Origin: Carpediemonas membranifera BICM
Taxonomy: Eukaryota; Protista; Fornicata
Direction: 5' to 3'
Assembly: GCA_019828565.1 (NCBI GenBank)
Contig: JAHDYR010000008.1
Coordinates: forward strand, 316,550-380,549
Length of the DNA stretch: 64,000 nt
This document shows, piece after piece, positions 33,420 through 45,263 of the stretch; position 1 is the stretch's first letter; every line of letters begins with the position of its first letter. Under the pieces are notes generated by a model that was not told where the DNA came from, did not search any database, and saw nothing but the letters and a program-made list of their open reading frames with translations. The translations under genes and the position numbers were made by a program.

Positions 33420-35437
33420 ATGAACAAAAAGTGGCCGGTGTGGGCAAGACTCGGTGCCTCCCCCGAGGTAGTAAGCTGGCTGCGGGATGGCGTCCCTATC
33501 CACCTCACCTCTGCGCCCCCTCCACCAGAACCGCAAAGGCGAGTGGACCCCCGCCTACTCCCGAAGATCGAAGAGCTAGTCGCCAAGGGCGTCCTCTCCC
33601 CGTGCCCGATAGACGAACTGCGTCACAGCGCACCCCTGTTCGCGGTGTCGAAGGGCAAAGACGATGTCCGCCCCGTGCACGACCTCCGAGCCCTGAACGA
33701 GTTGACAGCAGAGCTGAGGGTGTTTCGTCTGTTCGGCATCAGACGGGCGGTCCGCAATCTCCACAAGAACGACTACATGATCAAGATAGACCTAGCATCG
33801 GGATACCACCAACTTGGCGTCGCCTCGCGAGACTCCCCCCTCCTAGGCGTGGTCCTACCGGACGGCCGCGCATTCAGGTACAACACACTCGGCTTCGGAT
33901 GGACAGCGGCGCCGTACGTGTTCCAGAGCACGACCATACAGCTTGCAAAGATCATCGCACACAGGTTCGGGGTGACCATCGCGGTCTATCTCGACGACTT
34001 CTTAGTGTCCCATGCCTCCCCATCGTACCTAGCTTCGGTCACCCCGCAGATCATCGACCTCATGCTATCGCTGGGGGCGATACCGGGCCTCAACAAGTGC
34101 GTCCTCACGCCGACCCAGCAGGTAGACTACCTAGGTGTCCACATAGACACCGCAAGCGAGTCCCTAAGAATCTCAAAAGACAAGGCCGAGGCCTACACGG
34201 CCACGATCTCCAAGGCCCTCCGGGTCGGGTCCATCACAGCTTCAGACTGGCAGAAGCTCCTAGGCCGTCTGTCATTCTTCGCAGGGACCACACAGTTCGC
34301 CCGCCTCGCACTCAGACCACTGCAGGCCACCCCTACGACGGAGACCGTCCACCTCTCCAGCCAAATCCGCAGGCAGCTGGCGGCGTGGCAAGTCCTCCTC
34401 CGCGATCGCCCACCCAAGAGGTTCGCCGAAGCAAGAGCGGACTGGGAAATACGCGATACGCTCCAGATTTCTGTCACCTCAGACGCATCAACGTCCGGCT
34501 GGGGAGCATGCCTGTTCAATGGGGAGAAGGGAGCGGCATCACAGGGTGCCTTCCCCCCTCATCTCAAGGGGGAACACATTGGCGTCAAGGAGCTCTTCGC
34601 GATCGCTCAGGCGATCAATCTCGTGCCCCAGCAGGAGTCACGCTCCTCTCTCACAGTCTTTGCCGACAACTCAGCTGCCATCAGCTGGGTAAACAGACGG
34701 GGATCGCCGAACCTCCCCCAGCCGCACACCAGATCCTACAGGACATCTACAACACGGCAGAAACCAAGCGCCTCGACGTCCACTGCTTCCATATTGCCGG
34801 ACACCTGAATGTCCAGGCGGACAGGCTCTCCAGGTTCGCCAAGCTCGACTGGTCGTCACCCCGAGAAGTCTTGGAAACCATCATGCGCAAGTGGGGGCCG
34901 GTCGAGATCGACGTCACAGCACGCCCCGACAAGGTTCTGGCCTTACCAGGCTTTGCAGAAATAGCCTGGTCAATCCACGACAACGGCTTCCAGATGGACT
35001 GGAGGGGAGTCAGGATTTATATAGCTCCTCCTATAGCCCTTCTTGGAGTGACGTGTCGTCGCCTCCAGACAATACGCGCCTCGACCCAGACTGGGAACCC
35101 TCGACACTGGAGATCAGCGGCGATAGTCCTGTGCCCGGACCTCAACTCGCCCGAGGTCCGAGCCATCAAACGTTTGACACCCCTCAAGTTGTACCTCAGA
35201 GTCCAGGCGAAACACCTCCTGCAGTCCGAGCTAGCCTGGACAGCGACAGACAAGGGCAAGATCCGCTTCGTGGCGCTTATCCTGAAAACCCGTTCCAAGC
35301 CCTCCTCGCTGACGACCGACTATCACATTTCAGAAACGAATCGTCGCGCCGCACAGCAGCGGGCTGGGTCGCCAAATTCCTCCAATCCCGCAACGCGAGC
35401 CACTCACACGCGCAACAGCTCAAAGAGTTCCTTCTGA
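33420..35437 (+). CDS. RT-RNase H-adenine methyltransferase-like polyprotein of YR retrotransposon copy 1 (1-nt indel near 34715)
   Basis: KIDLASGYHQ, LGFG, VYLDD; TSDASTSGWGA, ADN, NVQADRLSR; WGPVEID...DW....YIAPP. Confidence 0.88.
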
Positions 35438-35765
35438 CCGAGGGTACCACGTCGGGCCCACAGTCGATACACAGGAAAGGCTACTGGATTTGCGAGGCCG
35501 CCCCACTCGTGTCTGACTGGCGCCCCCCGATCGCTGCCAAGCAGATAATCGCCGCCGCCCGGAACGTCGCCTCTGTAGAAGGCCTGACCGGGGGTGCGAA
35601 GCCTGTCACGTCCGCGAGAGTCCGCAGGGTCATAGACAGACGTCGGAAGTCACCCCAAGCCTTCCAGGCCGCCCTCTTTTCTGCTCTCTGCTTTATCACC
35701 GTGAGTAGAGGCGCAGAGATCTTTGGGCTCAGACGAAGAGACGTCGAGTTCGACGCTGATGGCAA

Positions 35766-35886
35766 TGTAGTCCGTTAGGGACAAGAAAGCTTTACAGGGA
35801 AAAGAGACGACACCAAATGTGTCGACAGAAACCTGAAGACGATGTAAATAATACAACTATGTAAATATTGGGTAAGACCCACGACA
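35766..35886 (-). repeat. 3' LTR (121 bp)
   Basis: Identical to 41789-41909. Confidence 0.95.
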
Positions 35887-36537
35887 CCGCCCCTCCATGG
35901 ACCCCAAAGGGGCCATGGCCTCAGGCGTATGCCACTCGAACGAATGTGCGATGAGGGACTTAGCCAGTCCCGAGACCTCCGATGCCACTCATTGGTCTAC
36001 GAGACTCTGTACCATGGCAGGGTACAGGGTGAATGCCTTGTTCAAGTCGGGAGCCAGAATTAGCGGGGTGAATCTGAAAGATTCGGAAAATATCTGCGGA
36101 TCTCAAAATCCTATCGTGGTACCACTTGTTAGCGCGCTGTGTAATTAGAATGATCTTACGTGAGGCATTCCGCCCCTCCACGGTCGTAAAACGGCCGTTT
36201 GAATATTGATTAGATCAAATGAGCGCCTAAAACTGCTCACTGTGATGATCTTTGTGTTTCTCTTGGTATGTACTTCACGTCGCCGTCCTTATTACATAGA
36301 GATCGAAAAACGTCATTAGAAGCCTCAATTCGGCTTCGTTCGCGAGTTCTCGCGTTTTTTTGCTCTCGACGGTGCGACGTTCTCTCTCGCGGCTGCAAAA
36401 GGCCGCGTTCATCCCTAATAACATCAATCGGGCTTGAATTAGCCGTAAAACAGTGTCTTTCAGGTTCCATTGAGGTTGGTTGCTACTTCTTTCGAGTTGT
36501 TGTTTTCTCAGTGAAAACGGGAAGTGACGAACGAGCA

Positions 36538-37786
36538 ATGTCCGACGTACGTGAGCAGATTACGCAGATGCTGGCGCTATTTGATGAGGAGAAAGCCCGA
36601 AAGGCCTTCAAACGCTTCTTGAACCGCTATCTCGATCGTGCCCGTTTTTTTCAACTCAGCCAGCGACTACCACGCTTTGTTCAGCGCACCTGCTCCTACA
36701 AACGTGACATCTATCCGGGACACCTCTACTGAGAGCGTTACGAGTGCTCCGGTCACTTCTTGTGTGCGTTCGCCGACGCCGGGCGGTGACGAAAGCCCGG
36801 AGGAGGCTGAGACGGTGAGTTGTGATGCTGGCTCTCCACGTGAGAACCGTGGTGACTCGTGCGAGGCCGAGACCGCTCGTAGCGATGATGAATCCCGGCC
36901 GACGGGTCACGGCGACTCGGGGTCGGGGAGTGAGGAAACCGAGGTCTCGCCGCTCTTCTCTCTGGAGGAGATGATCACCGCTGTTGCCGCAGAGGGCGTG
37001 AGTTACATCACTCTAGACATGTCTGGTACCTTGCGGGCGCTCCGCGCCGGGATGCTCAACTCATATGGGCATCTCGCCGCAACGGAGAACTCTTCTTCCG
37101 TTGCGCGTGACATCTGTCGCGATGGTCTCGTGTTGCTGGCGCTATCGCGCGAGTACCACACTCGGGCTATGTGTGGTCGGCCTGGCGATCCCACCGATCA
37201 GGATCTGGTGGCTTTGCACCTCTGCCGCCTCGACGCGACCTCGCGTACGCTCTGTCATCAGGGTTTGCGCGAGCGTATTCAGCTTCTCTCGGGGCGTGGT
37301 TACACCGTCATGACCCCTCATCTGCGCCGCGCCATAATGTTAGGTAATGACCCAGACCTGTATGACATGATGGTCGTGGGCCATGCGCAGGGCATCCTAG
37401 ACGCTGCTGACGTGCGAGAGTTCAGCCGCCAATACATTGAAGCAATCCGGACCCCCACTGGTTTCGGTCATGTGCGCCACTCTTTGATGGACAACTTCCT
37501 GTTCGATGTCCCCAGCAATGACGTCCTGCCCGTCGCGCTCGATCATAACGAGCCACGTCGTGTGTATGTGCTTGAGGCAATCGTTGGCCACCATCTGCAT
37601 GAGAATTCCCTGCGTCTGCTCGTGCACTATGCTCGACGCGAGTACAGCTCGATTATCCTGGCAACCGAGGCAATCCGTGATAGTCAGGCTGGGGTCAAGT
37701 TCTTTGCTGCTCATCCCGAGCTAGTTCGCTATTGTACCCGGTCTGAGGACGCGAACGGTGCTCTCAGCGGGGGTGTTTTGGAGTGA
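36538..37786 (+). CDS. Antisense extra ORF of the chromovirus with C-terminal chromo/chromoshadow-like segment (probable indel at T7 run ~36645)
   Basis: ATG 36538 frame appears to join the 36638-37786 frame; YVLEAIVGHH...LRLLVHY...ILATEA...VKFF; TAAA 2 nt after the stop. Confidence 0.6.
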
Positions 37787-37819
37787 GATAAAGGTTTGGA
37801 TTGAGTAGCTGCTGAAGGT

Positions 37820-38905
37820 TTACAGACCGGCTCGCTTGGCCTCTTCTGACTTCAGGAATATGTCTAGCGCCTCTAGGTCCTTGACTGACGAATAGTCTTG
37901 CCACGTAGCCTCTTCGTCTTCGCACCCAGCCCAATGGACGAGGTATTCCCGCTTGGACATCGGGCCTCGACCTCGAGATCGACTGATTCGCTCAACTTCC
38001 CACTCGTCGTCAGCCGTGGCTGCGAGTGCTTTGATCTGATCTTCTGTCAGCCTGCCGGGATTGAACTTCCGAACTCTCGATGCGTCTACCGTGATCGCTT
38101 TCGAGTTGTCCTTCTCAGCTAGGTCTAAAACCTTATACGCGACAACGAAACCGTGTTGTTTCACTCCGGCGAGCCTTCGCATTGGCCCTCTCCATCCAGG
38201 TGACAACTTGTTCGGTGGTCTAGAGGGGTACTTGACTAGGACGAACCTGCTAATAATCTCATTCCTCGAGGCAGTAGCCTTTGCGAGGGCGTCCTCTCTC
38301 ATCGCCTGGACTCGGCTGCTGGCGAGTTGGACAGCCGCTGCGGCCGCTTCCCTGTGAGACTCACTCGCGCTCGCTGTACTAGAATCAGTCACATACACGT
38401 TCTGTGGTATTCTCAGGTCGTACCCGAGAACTATCTCGGCTGGTGACAGGCGTGTAGACGTGCGCGGGGATGAATTAACGATGAACTGGGCGACAGGTAG
38501 ATTCTCGATCCAGGTTGACCCTCTGAGCTGAAACTTACGCGCCTTGAGGATGCGTAATACTTGCTGGTTGGCGCGCTCTACCATCCCATTGGATTGCGGG
38601 TGGTGAGCCGTGGTAATATGGATCTTGAACCCCATCTCATCTGCGATGCGCTTGAAGAGTTGGTTCTTGAACTCTGGTCCTCCGTCGGATTGGAGAACCT
38701 CAGGGCACCCGAAACGCAATATCCAGTTGTTGACCAGGGCGTCCGCTGCTGCCGCGCCGGTGGTACTCGAAGATGCGACTAGCTCAGTCCACCGACTGCA
38801 CATGTCGATCATGACTGTGATGTAAGCCTTGCCGTCGACGGAGGGGAAAGGCCCCATCGTGTCAACTGCCACCCTACGGAACGGGCGATCTACGGCTGTG
38901 TGCAA
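37820..38905 (-). CDS. Integrase core + GPY/F + chromodomain (pol C-terminal part)
   Basis: PFRRVAVDTMGP, SDGGPEF, HPQSNGMVER, KLSPGWRGP, EWEVERI...EYLVHWAG...ATWQ. Confidence 0.93.
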   Translation of the reverse strand: MHTAVDRPFRRVAVDTMGPFPSVDGKAYITVMIDMCSRWTELVASSSTTGAAAADALVNNWILRFGCPEVLQSDGGPEFKNQLFKRIADEMGFKIHITTAHHPQSNGMVERANQQVLRILKARKFQLRGSTWIENLPVAQFIVNSSPRTSTRLSPAEIVLGYDLRIPQNVYVTDSSTASASESHREAAAAAVQLASSRVQAMREDALAKATASRNEIISRFVLVKYPSRPPNKLSPGWRGPMRRLAGVKQHGFVVAYKVLDLAEKDNSKAITVDASRVRKFNPGRLTEDQIKALAATADDEWEVERISRSRGRGPMSKREYLVHWAGCEDEEATWQDYSSVKDLEALDIFLKSEEAKRAGL

Positions 38906-40730
38906 TCTGACGGGCTGTCAACCGGAGGGCGTCTAATCACCTGGCACACCGGGCAGTTTTCGATGACCTTGCTGACAGTCTCACGTGATACTGACTTGCC
39001 TTGGTCCTTGAGTCGTTCAGTAACTACACGTCGGGAGAGGTGGGCCCCGGCGGTGAGGTGTTCTGCTTCAACGTCATCTTCTGATGCGGACTGCATAACG
39101 TACACTCGCGATAAGCCGTCTGCCCCACCGTTATCAAGGCCAGCGACGTGCTTGACGTCGAAGTCCATGTCGGACATAGCCTCAGCCCATCTGCGGACCT
39201 TGGCGTTAGTCGACTTGTACATGTAAATCAGGTTGCGATGGTCCGTGAGAAGGGTGAACTTTCCCCAGGAGAGGTACTTGTTCCATCGCTTAATGGCGGC
39301 GACGATGGCGAATGCCTCCTTCTCTCCGACCGACCATCGCGATTGCACTTGGTCAAAGGCCTTGCTCATAAAGCACACGGGTTGGCCTTCCTGCAATAGC
39401 ACAGCGCCGTAGCCAACTCCTGACGCGTCGGTCATGATGGTGTGTTCCTTGGACGCATCGAAGATGGCGAGTGCTTCTGCTTGGGCGAGGAGTGTCTTGA
39501 CTTTGCGTAGGGCTTGCTCTTGCTCGTCGCCACCCAGCGGGATCTTGGAGGCCATCGCTTGAGTTAAGGGGTGTACTACTTCTGCGAAACCAGGGACATG
39601 ATCCCGGAAATAGTTAAGAAATCCGACGAGCGCTTGCATTCCCTTGACCGACTTAGGCATTTCGAGATCCAGGATGTCTTGAATGCGGTCCGCTGCGATG
39701 CGTTGACAGCCATGGGATATGACCCTGCCCAGGAACTCGACCTCGGCCCTCGAAAACTGGCACTTGTCACGGTTGAGTTGTAACTTGATCTGTCTAGTAC
39801 GCTGCAGCACGCTCTCCAGGTTCTTGAGGTAATCCTCCTCGTTTTCCCCGACGACAATGATATCGTCGATATAGATATAACAGGCGTGACCAACCAGTTC
39901 GGCGAAAGCCGACTCCATGGCACGCTGAAAGTGAGCTCCTGCGTTCCTTAGCCAGAAGGGCATCCTAGTGTATTGATATTGACCTAGAATGGTGGTGAAC
40001 GCAGTGTACTTGCGGCAGCGTTTGGTCAGTTCGACCTGGTGATAACCCGACGACAGGTCTAGTGTGGCGAAGATCTTCTTGTTGGGTAGTTGGGCGATCA
40101 CCTCGTCGATCATTGGGATCGGGTAGTCGAAAGTGGGGGTGATCTCGTTGATCTGCCGGAAATCCACGACGAAGCGCGACTTCCCGCCCTTCTTCGGCAC
40201 CGTCATGGCCGGGGATGCGTACGGTGAGTTGCTTCTCTCGATAAACCCCTTCAAGGACAGCTCGTCGATGTGCTCCCGTATTATGTCGACCTTGGCTGGT
40301 GGGACGAAGTATGGTCTGGCGTTGACCACTCGGTCCTCGCGTAGGATGAGGTCATACGGCTCGAGGCGGCTGGGTTCGCTACGGTCCTCGAACACGTCGC
40401 TATAACGTCTGATTAGCTCGGCCTGCCGGTCGATGCTGGTCTGCGACAAAGAAAACAATAGTGCCTGATACTTGTACACGTCCGGAATCTCGATCTCGTC
40501 ATCATCTTGCTCGTCTGTGTAGGCTTGGGGAAGGATTCCCAGTGCTACCATGTCTGGATATCCGATAATCATGTCGAACTCAGTGTCAAGTAGCATCATA
40601 CGTGGCTTGTAGGAGCACGCCTTGGGTGTAAACGCTGACGCTAGCAGTCTTACGTCGCCTTCAACAGCGCCTTGCGCGTGAAGAATACCCTTGTTGGCGG
40701 TACGGATCGGAATAACCTCGGAGCTAACTT
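38890..40730 (-). CDS. Protease C-half, RT, RNase H and integrase zinc finger (pol middle part)
   Basis: IRTAN, DMIIG, LDLSSGYHQ, YIDD, TDASGVGYGAVL, TDHRNL, ADGLSR, H-H-CPVC. Confidence 0.93.
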
Positions 40731-41770
40731 TTTGTCAGCTTGGACGCCCACGTGCTCTTGATGATCGTGACTCCGGCACCTGAATCAAGTAGAGCAGTGA
40801 GGTTGTGACCATTAATCTGGACTTTGATCAAGGGAACAGATGGCTTAGTCTCGGTCTCGCCCTTAGTCTTTGACGGTTCGCCCTCGGCCGGTGACTCCTT
40901 GGAACTTAAAACACACACGCACTTGGAGGATTTACAGTAATCCTCCAGGTGGCCGACACGACCACACTTCTTACATGTGTGCTTGGGCTTCTTACACTTG
41001 AACACCGAGTGACCCTTGCCACCGCAGTTATAGCAGGTGTAGTTAGAGTAGTCCTTTGCCGGCTTCTCCTTCTTGATTGCCTTGTGGCCCTTGTTGGTTT
41101 CAGCCGACCGGTTATCGGACGAGGGCTTCTTCGGGATCACAGACGAGTCGTGTCTGCGGTCATGGCGGGACGTGTAGGGTTGACGAGAGGGAGCGTCTTC
41201 GAAAGCGCTTAGTAGATCCCGTGACTCTTGGACTTCACGTGCTAGGGCTAGGACGGCGGGCATAGCCTTTTCCAGAGGCTGGTCCTCGATGAGCTCTTGG
41301 ATGCGGTACATGGCCTTGGGGTTGCTCTTAAAGGCACGCGTATACGCCTCCTTGAGGTTGTCCTCGTTGAGGGACTTCCCATCGAACAGGGACAAGAGGA
41401 GAGTGAACTTCCGATTGACGCGTGCGACCTGTACCGTGTCGAAGCTGTTGGCTCTTAGACGGAACAGCTGGAGGCGTGAGGTCTTGGTTCTGGGTTGCAG
41501 GGCTTGTCCGAGCCGCTTGAGAGTTCTCTGATCCTTCAGATCGCGGATGTTCTTCCTTGAGGCTACTAGGGGAGTGTGATCGTCGTCTTCGTCCTGCGTA
41601 GTGGATAGGATCGTGGCAATGAGGTCTTGTACCGAGCTATCAATCAAGTCTGAGATATCCCGATGGCCTCCGTAAGCGCGATAGTCGCGGAAGGCCTCGG
41701 CGAAAGTGATGAGAGCCTCAACTGACGGAACCGTTAGTAGAGGAGGTATAAGGCGTTTCTTATCGTTCAT
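40724..41770 (-). CDS. Gag with two CCHC zinc knuckles + aspartic protease N-half
   Basis: CYNCGGKGHSVFKC, CKKCGRVGHLEDYC, LLDSGA. Confidence 0.93.
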   Translation of the reverse strand: MNDKKRLIPPLLTVPSVEALITFAEAFRDYRAYGGHRDISDLIDSSVQDLIATILSTTQDEDDDHTPLVASRKNIRDLKDQRTLKRLGQALQPRTKTSRLQLFRLRANSFDTVQVARVNRKFTLLLSLFDGKSLNEDNLKEAYTRAFKSNPKAMYRIQELIEDQPLEKAMPAVLALAREVQESRDLLSAFEDAPSRQPYTSRHDRRHDSSVIPKKPSSDNRSAETNKGHKAIKKEKPAKDYSNYTCYNCGGKGHSVFKCKKPKHTCKKCGRVGHLEDYCKSSKCVCVLSSKESPAEGEPSKTKGETETKPSVPLIKVQINGHNLTALLDSGAGVTIIKSTWASKLTKS

Positions 41771-41788
41771 GGCTTGAATTTCTAGAAA

Positions 41789-41909
41789 TGTAGTCCGTTA
41801 GGGACAAGAAAGCTTTACAGGGAAAAGAGACGACACCAAATGTGTCGACAGAAACCTGAAGACGATGTAAATAATACAACTATGTAAATATTGGGTAAGA
41901 CCCACGACA
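41789..41909 (-). repeat. 5' LTR (121 bp)
   Basis: Identical to 35766-35886; gag ATG 18 nt downstream. Confidence 0.95.
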
Positions 41910-42688
41910 GCAATGCCCTCCTTCTGTTCGCGAGAACTAAGACTGCCACAGGCGTCCGCAAGCTGGTACCAAACCAATCGTGGGCCCGCTTTAACCCAGC
42001 AAGGGCCCTGAAGGCATGGGTCCCCACGGCAACGCGCCGCGACGACGACCTCATCTGGCGGGCGATCACCTCAACCGGTGGTATTTCACTATCGAAGCCG
42101 CTACCGGCGTCAACCCTCCGCCACTGGATCCACCAGGCGTACGGCACCGACATTTCGTGGCACTCATTCCGCAAGGGCGCCACCACGGAGTTGGCGGTAG
42201 CCCACACGAGTACCGAAGTCCTCCTGTCCATGGGGACGTGGGCCTCCACGAAAAGCATGCTGAGATATATGGGCAACGGGGTCCGCACACACCCGGGGGT
42301 CCAGGGACACCTGGCCTCCATCCTTCTCCAACCACCACTTTAAATCTCTGACGGGAGCTAGTGGCTGGGAGAGCTAGGTAGGGTGGGGCTGACACGCGTT
42401 ACAACGGCAGATGTAAGCCACAACAGACATTCTTTGACGCGGTCTCTCGAGGAGACGGTCGGTTTGGGCTCGCAAGCGTGCCTGCAAGCCATTCCACTAT
42501 GCTCGTTGCCGGTGGGATATCCCCGTTGGGTAGAGCAAGTATGTCTAGAGGCTAGGACAGCTAGCTGGCGTTACATCGCGCTGACAGGTTACCTCGGGTA
42601 ACGGGCCGTGAGCGGAGGGCAATGAGATCGCCTCGCTCCGGCATGGTGATGCGCCGACCAGGCGAGCCGCGCAGTTTATGCGGGCAGA

Positions 42689-43216
42689 ATGGTAGAAAAT
42701 TCGGAACATCCAGATCCGACGGCAACGAGGCTCAATAACCTAGAAGCCTCAATCGCTACCATCTCGCAACAGCTTGCAAAGCTTAATCCGCCTCCTCCGC
42801 CGCCCGAGACCGAGCCGCCGAAGGAATCTCAAATTGATTTCTTCCCTGAACAAGATGAAGCGGATATTGACCAAACACTGGCAGAGATGGATGCATACGG
42901 CGAGCTTCCGACAAAGAGACCACTTAAGGCGGAAGCAAAGTGGCTTCGCCGCGTGATGGTGATCGTCAACGCCCTCGACGACGAGCCGCTCAAAGCAAGA
43001 CTCCTGGTGGAACTCCAAGCACGCCGTACCCTTCTGGACCTCAAGGACGACAACTGGTCGGACGCAACCTGCGAACTGTTTCTCGACTTGTTCAACACGT
43101 CCCAGACCAAAACCCCCCGTGCCATCTCCTACTGCGCAGCCAAAGCCAGAGCCAAGGGTAAGAGAAAGGACCAGCCCCAGAACAAAGGGGGGTTTCACAA
43201 GAAGCACAAGAAGTAG
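42689..43216 (+). CDS. ORF1 (gag-like, 175 aa) of YR retrotransposon
   Basis: Position before RT; coiled-coil N-terminus and basic C-terminus; same sequence split in copy 1. Confidence 0.75.
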   Translation: MVENSEHPDPTATRLNNLEASIATISQQLAKLNPPPPPPETEPPKESQIDFFPEQDEADIDQTLAEMDAYGELPTKRPLKAEAKWLRRVMVIVNALDDEPLKARLLVELQARRTLLDLKDDNWSDATCELFLDLFNTSQTKTPRAISYCAAKARAKGKRKDQPQNKGGFHKKHKK

Positions 43217-43245
43217 CCCTTGCCACAGATGTTCAGTTCCCGTCA

Positions 43246-45263
43246 ATGAACAAAAAGTGGCCGGTGTGGGCAAGACTCGGTGCCTCCCCCGAGGTAGTAA
43301 GCTGGCTGCGGGATGGCGTCCCTATCCACCTCACCTCTGCGCCCCCTCCACCAGAACCGCAAAGGCGAGTGGACCCCCGCCTACTCCCGAAGATCGAAGA
43401 GCTAGTCGCCAAGGGCGTCCTCTCCCCGTGCCCGATAGACGAACTGCGTCACAGCGCACCCCTGTTCGCGGTGTCGAAGGGCAAAGACGATGTCCGCCCC
43501 GTGCACGACCTCCGAGCCCTGAACGAGTTGACAGCAGAGCTGAGGGTGTTTCGTCTGTTCGGCATCAGACGGGCGGTCCGCAATCTGCACAAGAACGACT
43601 ACATGATCAAGATAGACCTAGCATCGGGATACCACCAACTTGGCGTCGCCTCGCGAGACTCCCCCCTCCTAGGCGTGGTCCTACCGGACGGCCGCGCATT
43701 CAGGTACAACACACTCGGCTTCGGATGGACAGCGGCGCCGTACGTGTTCCAGAGCACGACCATACAGCTTGCAAAGATCATCGCACACAGGTTCGGGGTG
43801 ACCATCGCGGTCTATCTCGACGACTTCTTAGTGTCCCATGCCTCCCCATCGTACCTAGCTTCGGTCACCCCGCAGATCATCGACCTCATGCTATCGCTGG
43901 GGGCGATACCGGGCCTCAACAAGTGCGTCCTCACGCCGACCCAGCAGGTAGACTACCTAGGTGTCCACATAGACACCGCAAGCGAGTCCCTAAGAATCTC
44001 AAAAGACAAGGCCGAGGCCTACACGGCCACGATCTCCAAGGCCCTCCGGGTCGGGTCCATCACAGCTTCAGACTGGCAGAAGCTCCTAGGCCGTCTGTCA
44101 TTCTTCGCAGGGACCACACAGTTCGCCCGCCTCGCACTCAGACCACTGCAGGCCACCCCTACGACGGAGACCGTCCACCTCTCCAGCCAAATCCGCAGGC
44201 AGCTGGCGGCGTGGCAAGTCCTCCTCCGCGATCGCCCACCCAAGAGGTTCGCCGAAGCAAGAGCGGACTGGGAAATACGCGATACGCTCCAGATTTCTGT
44301 CACCTCAGACGCATCAACGTCCGGCTGGGGAGCATGCCTGTTCAATGGGGAGAAGGGAGCGGCATCACAGGGTGCCTTCCCCCTCATCTCAAGGGGGAAC
44401 ACATTGGCGTCAAGGAGCTCTTCGCGATCGCTCAGGCGATCAATCTCGTGCCCCAGCAGGAGTCACGCTCCTCTCTCACAGTCTTTGCCGACAACTCAGC
44501 TGCCATCAGCTGGGTAAACAGACGGGGATCGCCGAACCTCCCCCCAGCCGCACACCAGATCCTACAGGACATCTACAACACGGCAGAAACCAAGCGCCTC
44601 GACGTCCACTGCTTCCATATTGCCGGACACCTGAATGTCCAGGCGGACAGGCTCTCCAGGTTCGCCAAGCTCGACTGGTCGTCACCCCGAGAAGTCTTGG
44701 AAACCATCATGCGCAAGTGGGGGCCGGTCGAGATCGACGTCACAGCACGCCCCGACAAGGTTCTGGCCTTACCAGGCTTTGCAGAAATAGCCTGGTCAAT
44801 CCACGACAACGGCTTCCAGATGGACTGGAGGGGAGTCAGGATTTATATAGCTCCTCCTATAGCCCTTCTTGGAGTGACGTGTCGTCGCCTCCAGACAATA
44901 CGCGCCTCGACCCAGACTGGGAACCCTCGACACTGGAGATCAGCGGCGATAGTCCTGTGCCCGGACCTCAACTCGCCCGAGGTCCGAGCCATCAAACGTT
45001 TGACACCCCTCAAGTTGTACCTCAGAGTCCAGGCGAAACACCTCCTGCAGTCCGAGCTAGCCTGGACAGCGACAGACAAGGGCAAGATCCGCTTCGTGGC
45101 GCTTATCCTGAAAACCCGTTCCAAGCCCTCCTCGCTGACGACCGACTATCACATTTCAGAAACGAATCGTCGCGCCGCACAGCAGCGGGCTGGGTCGCCA
45201 AATTCCTCCAATCCCGCAACGCGAGCCACTCACACGCGCAACAGCTCAAAGAGTTCCTTCTGA
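43246..45263 (+). CDS. RT-RNase H-methyltransferase-like polyprotein, copy 2 (1-nt indel near 44380)
   Basis: Same motifs as copy 1. Confidence 0.88.

Larger units (their letters stand above)
35766..41909 (-). mobile_element. Ty3/gypsy chromovirus LTR retrotransposon, 4-bp TSD GCAA
   Basis: Identical 121-bp TG...CA LTRs; GCAA at 35762-35765 and 41910-41913; PPT GGAGGGGCGG (35887-35896, minus strand); gag-PR-RT-RH-IN-chromo order. Confidence 0.95.
25727..42724 (+). mobile_element. Tyrosine-recombinase retrotransposon (PAT/DIRS-like), copy 1, interrupted by a LINE and a chromovirus
   Basis: A repeat 25727-25900; ORF1 split 25865-26180/33179-33390; RT-RNaseH-MT 33420-35437; YR split at 35765/41914-42343; B-A junction 42521-42724. 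Confidence 0.9.

Noticed and set aside
40720-40740. Programmed gag-pol frameshift
   Set aside because: The shift lies in the middle of the protease at an A5 run, and a second shift occurs inside integrase (~38905); indels or consensus errors are more likely.
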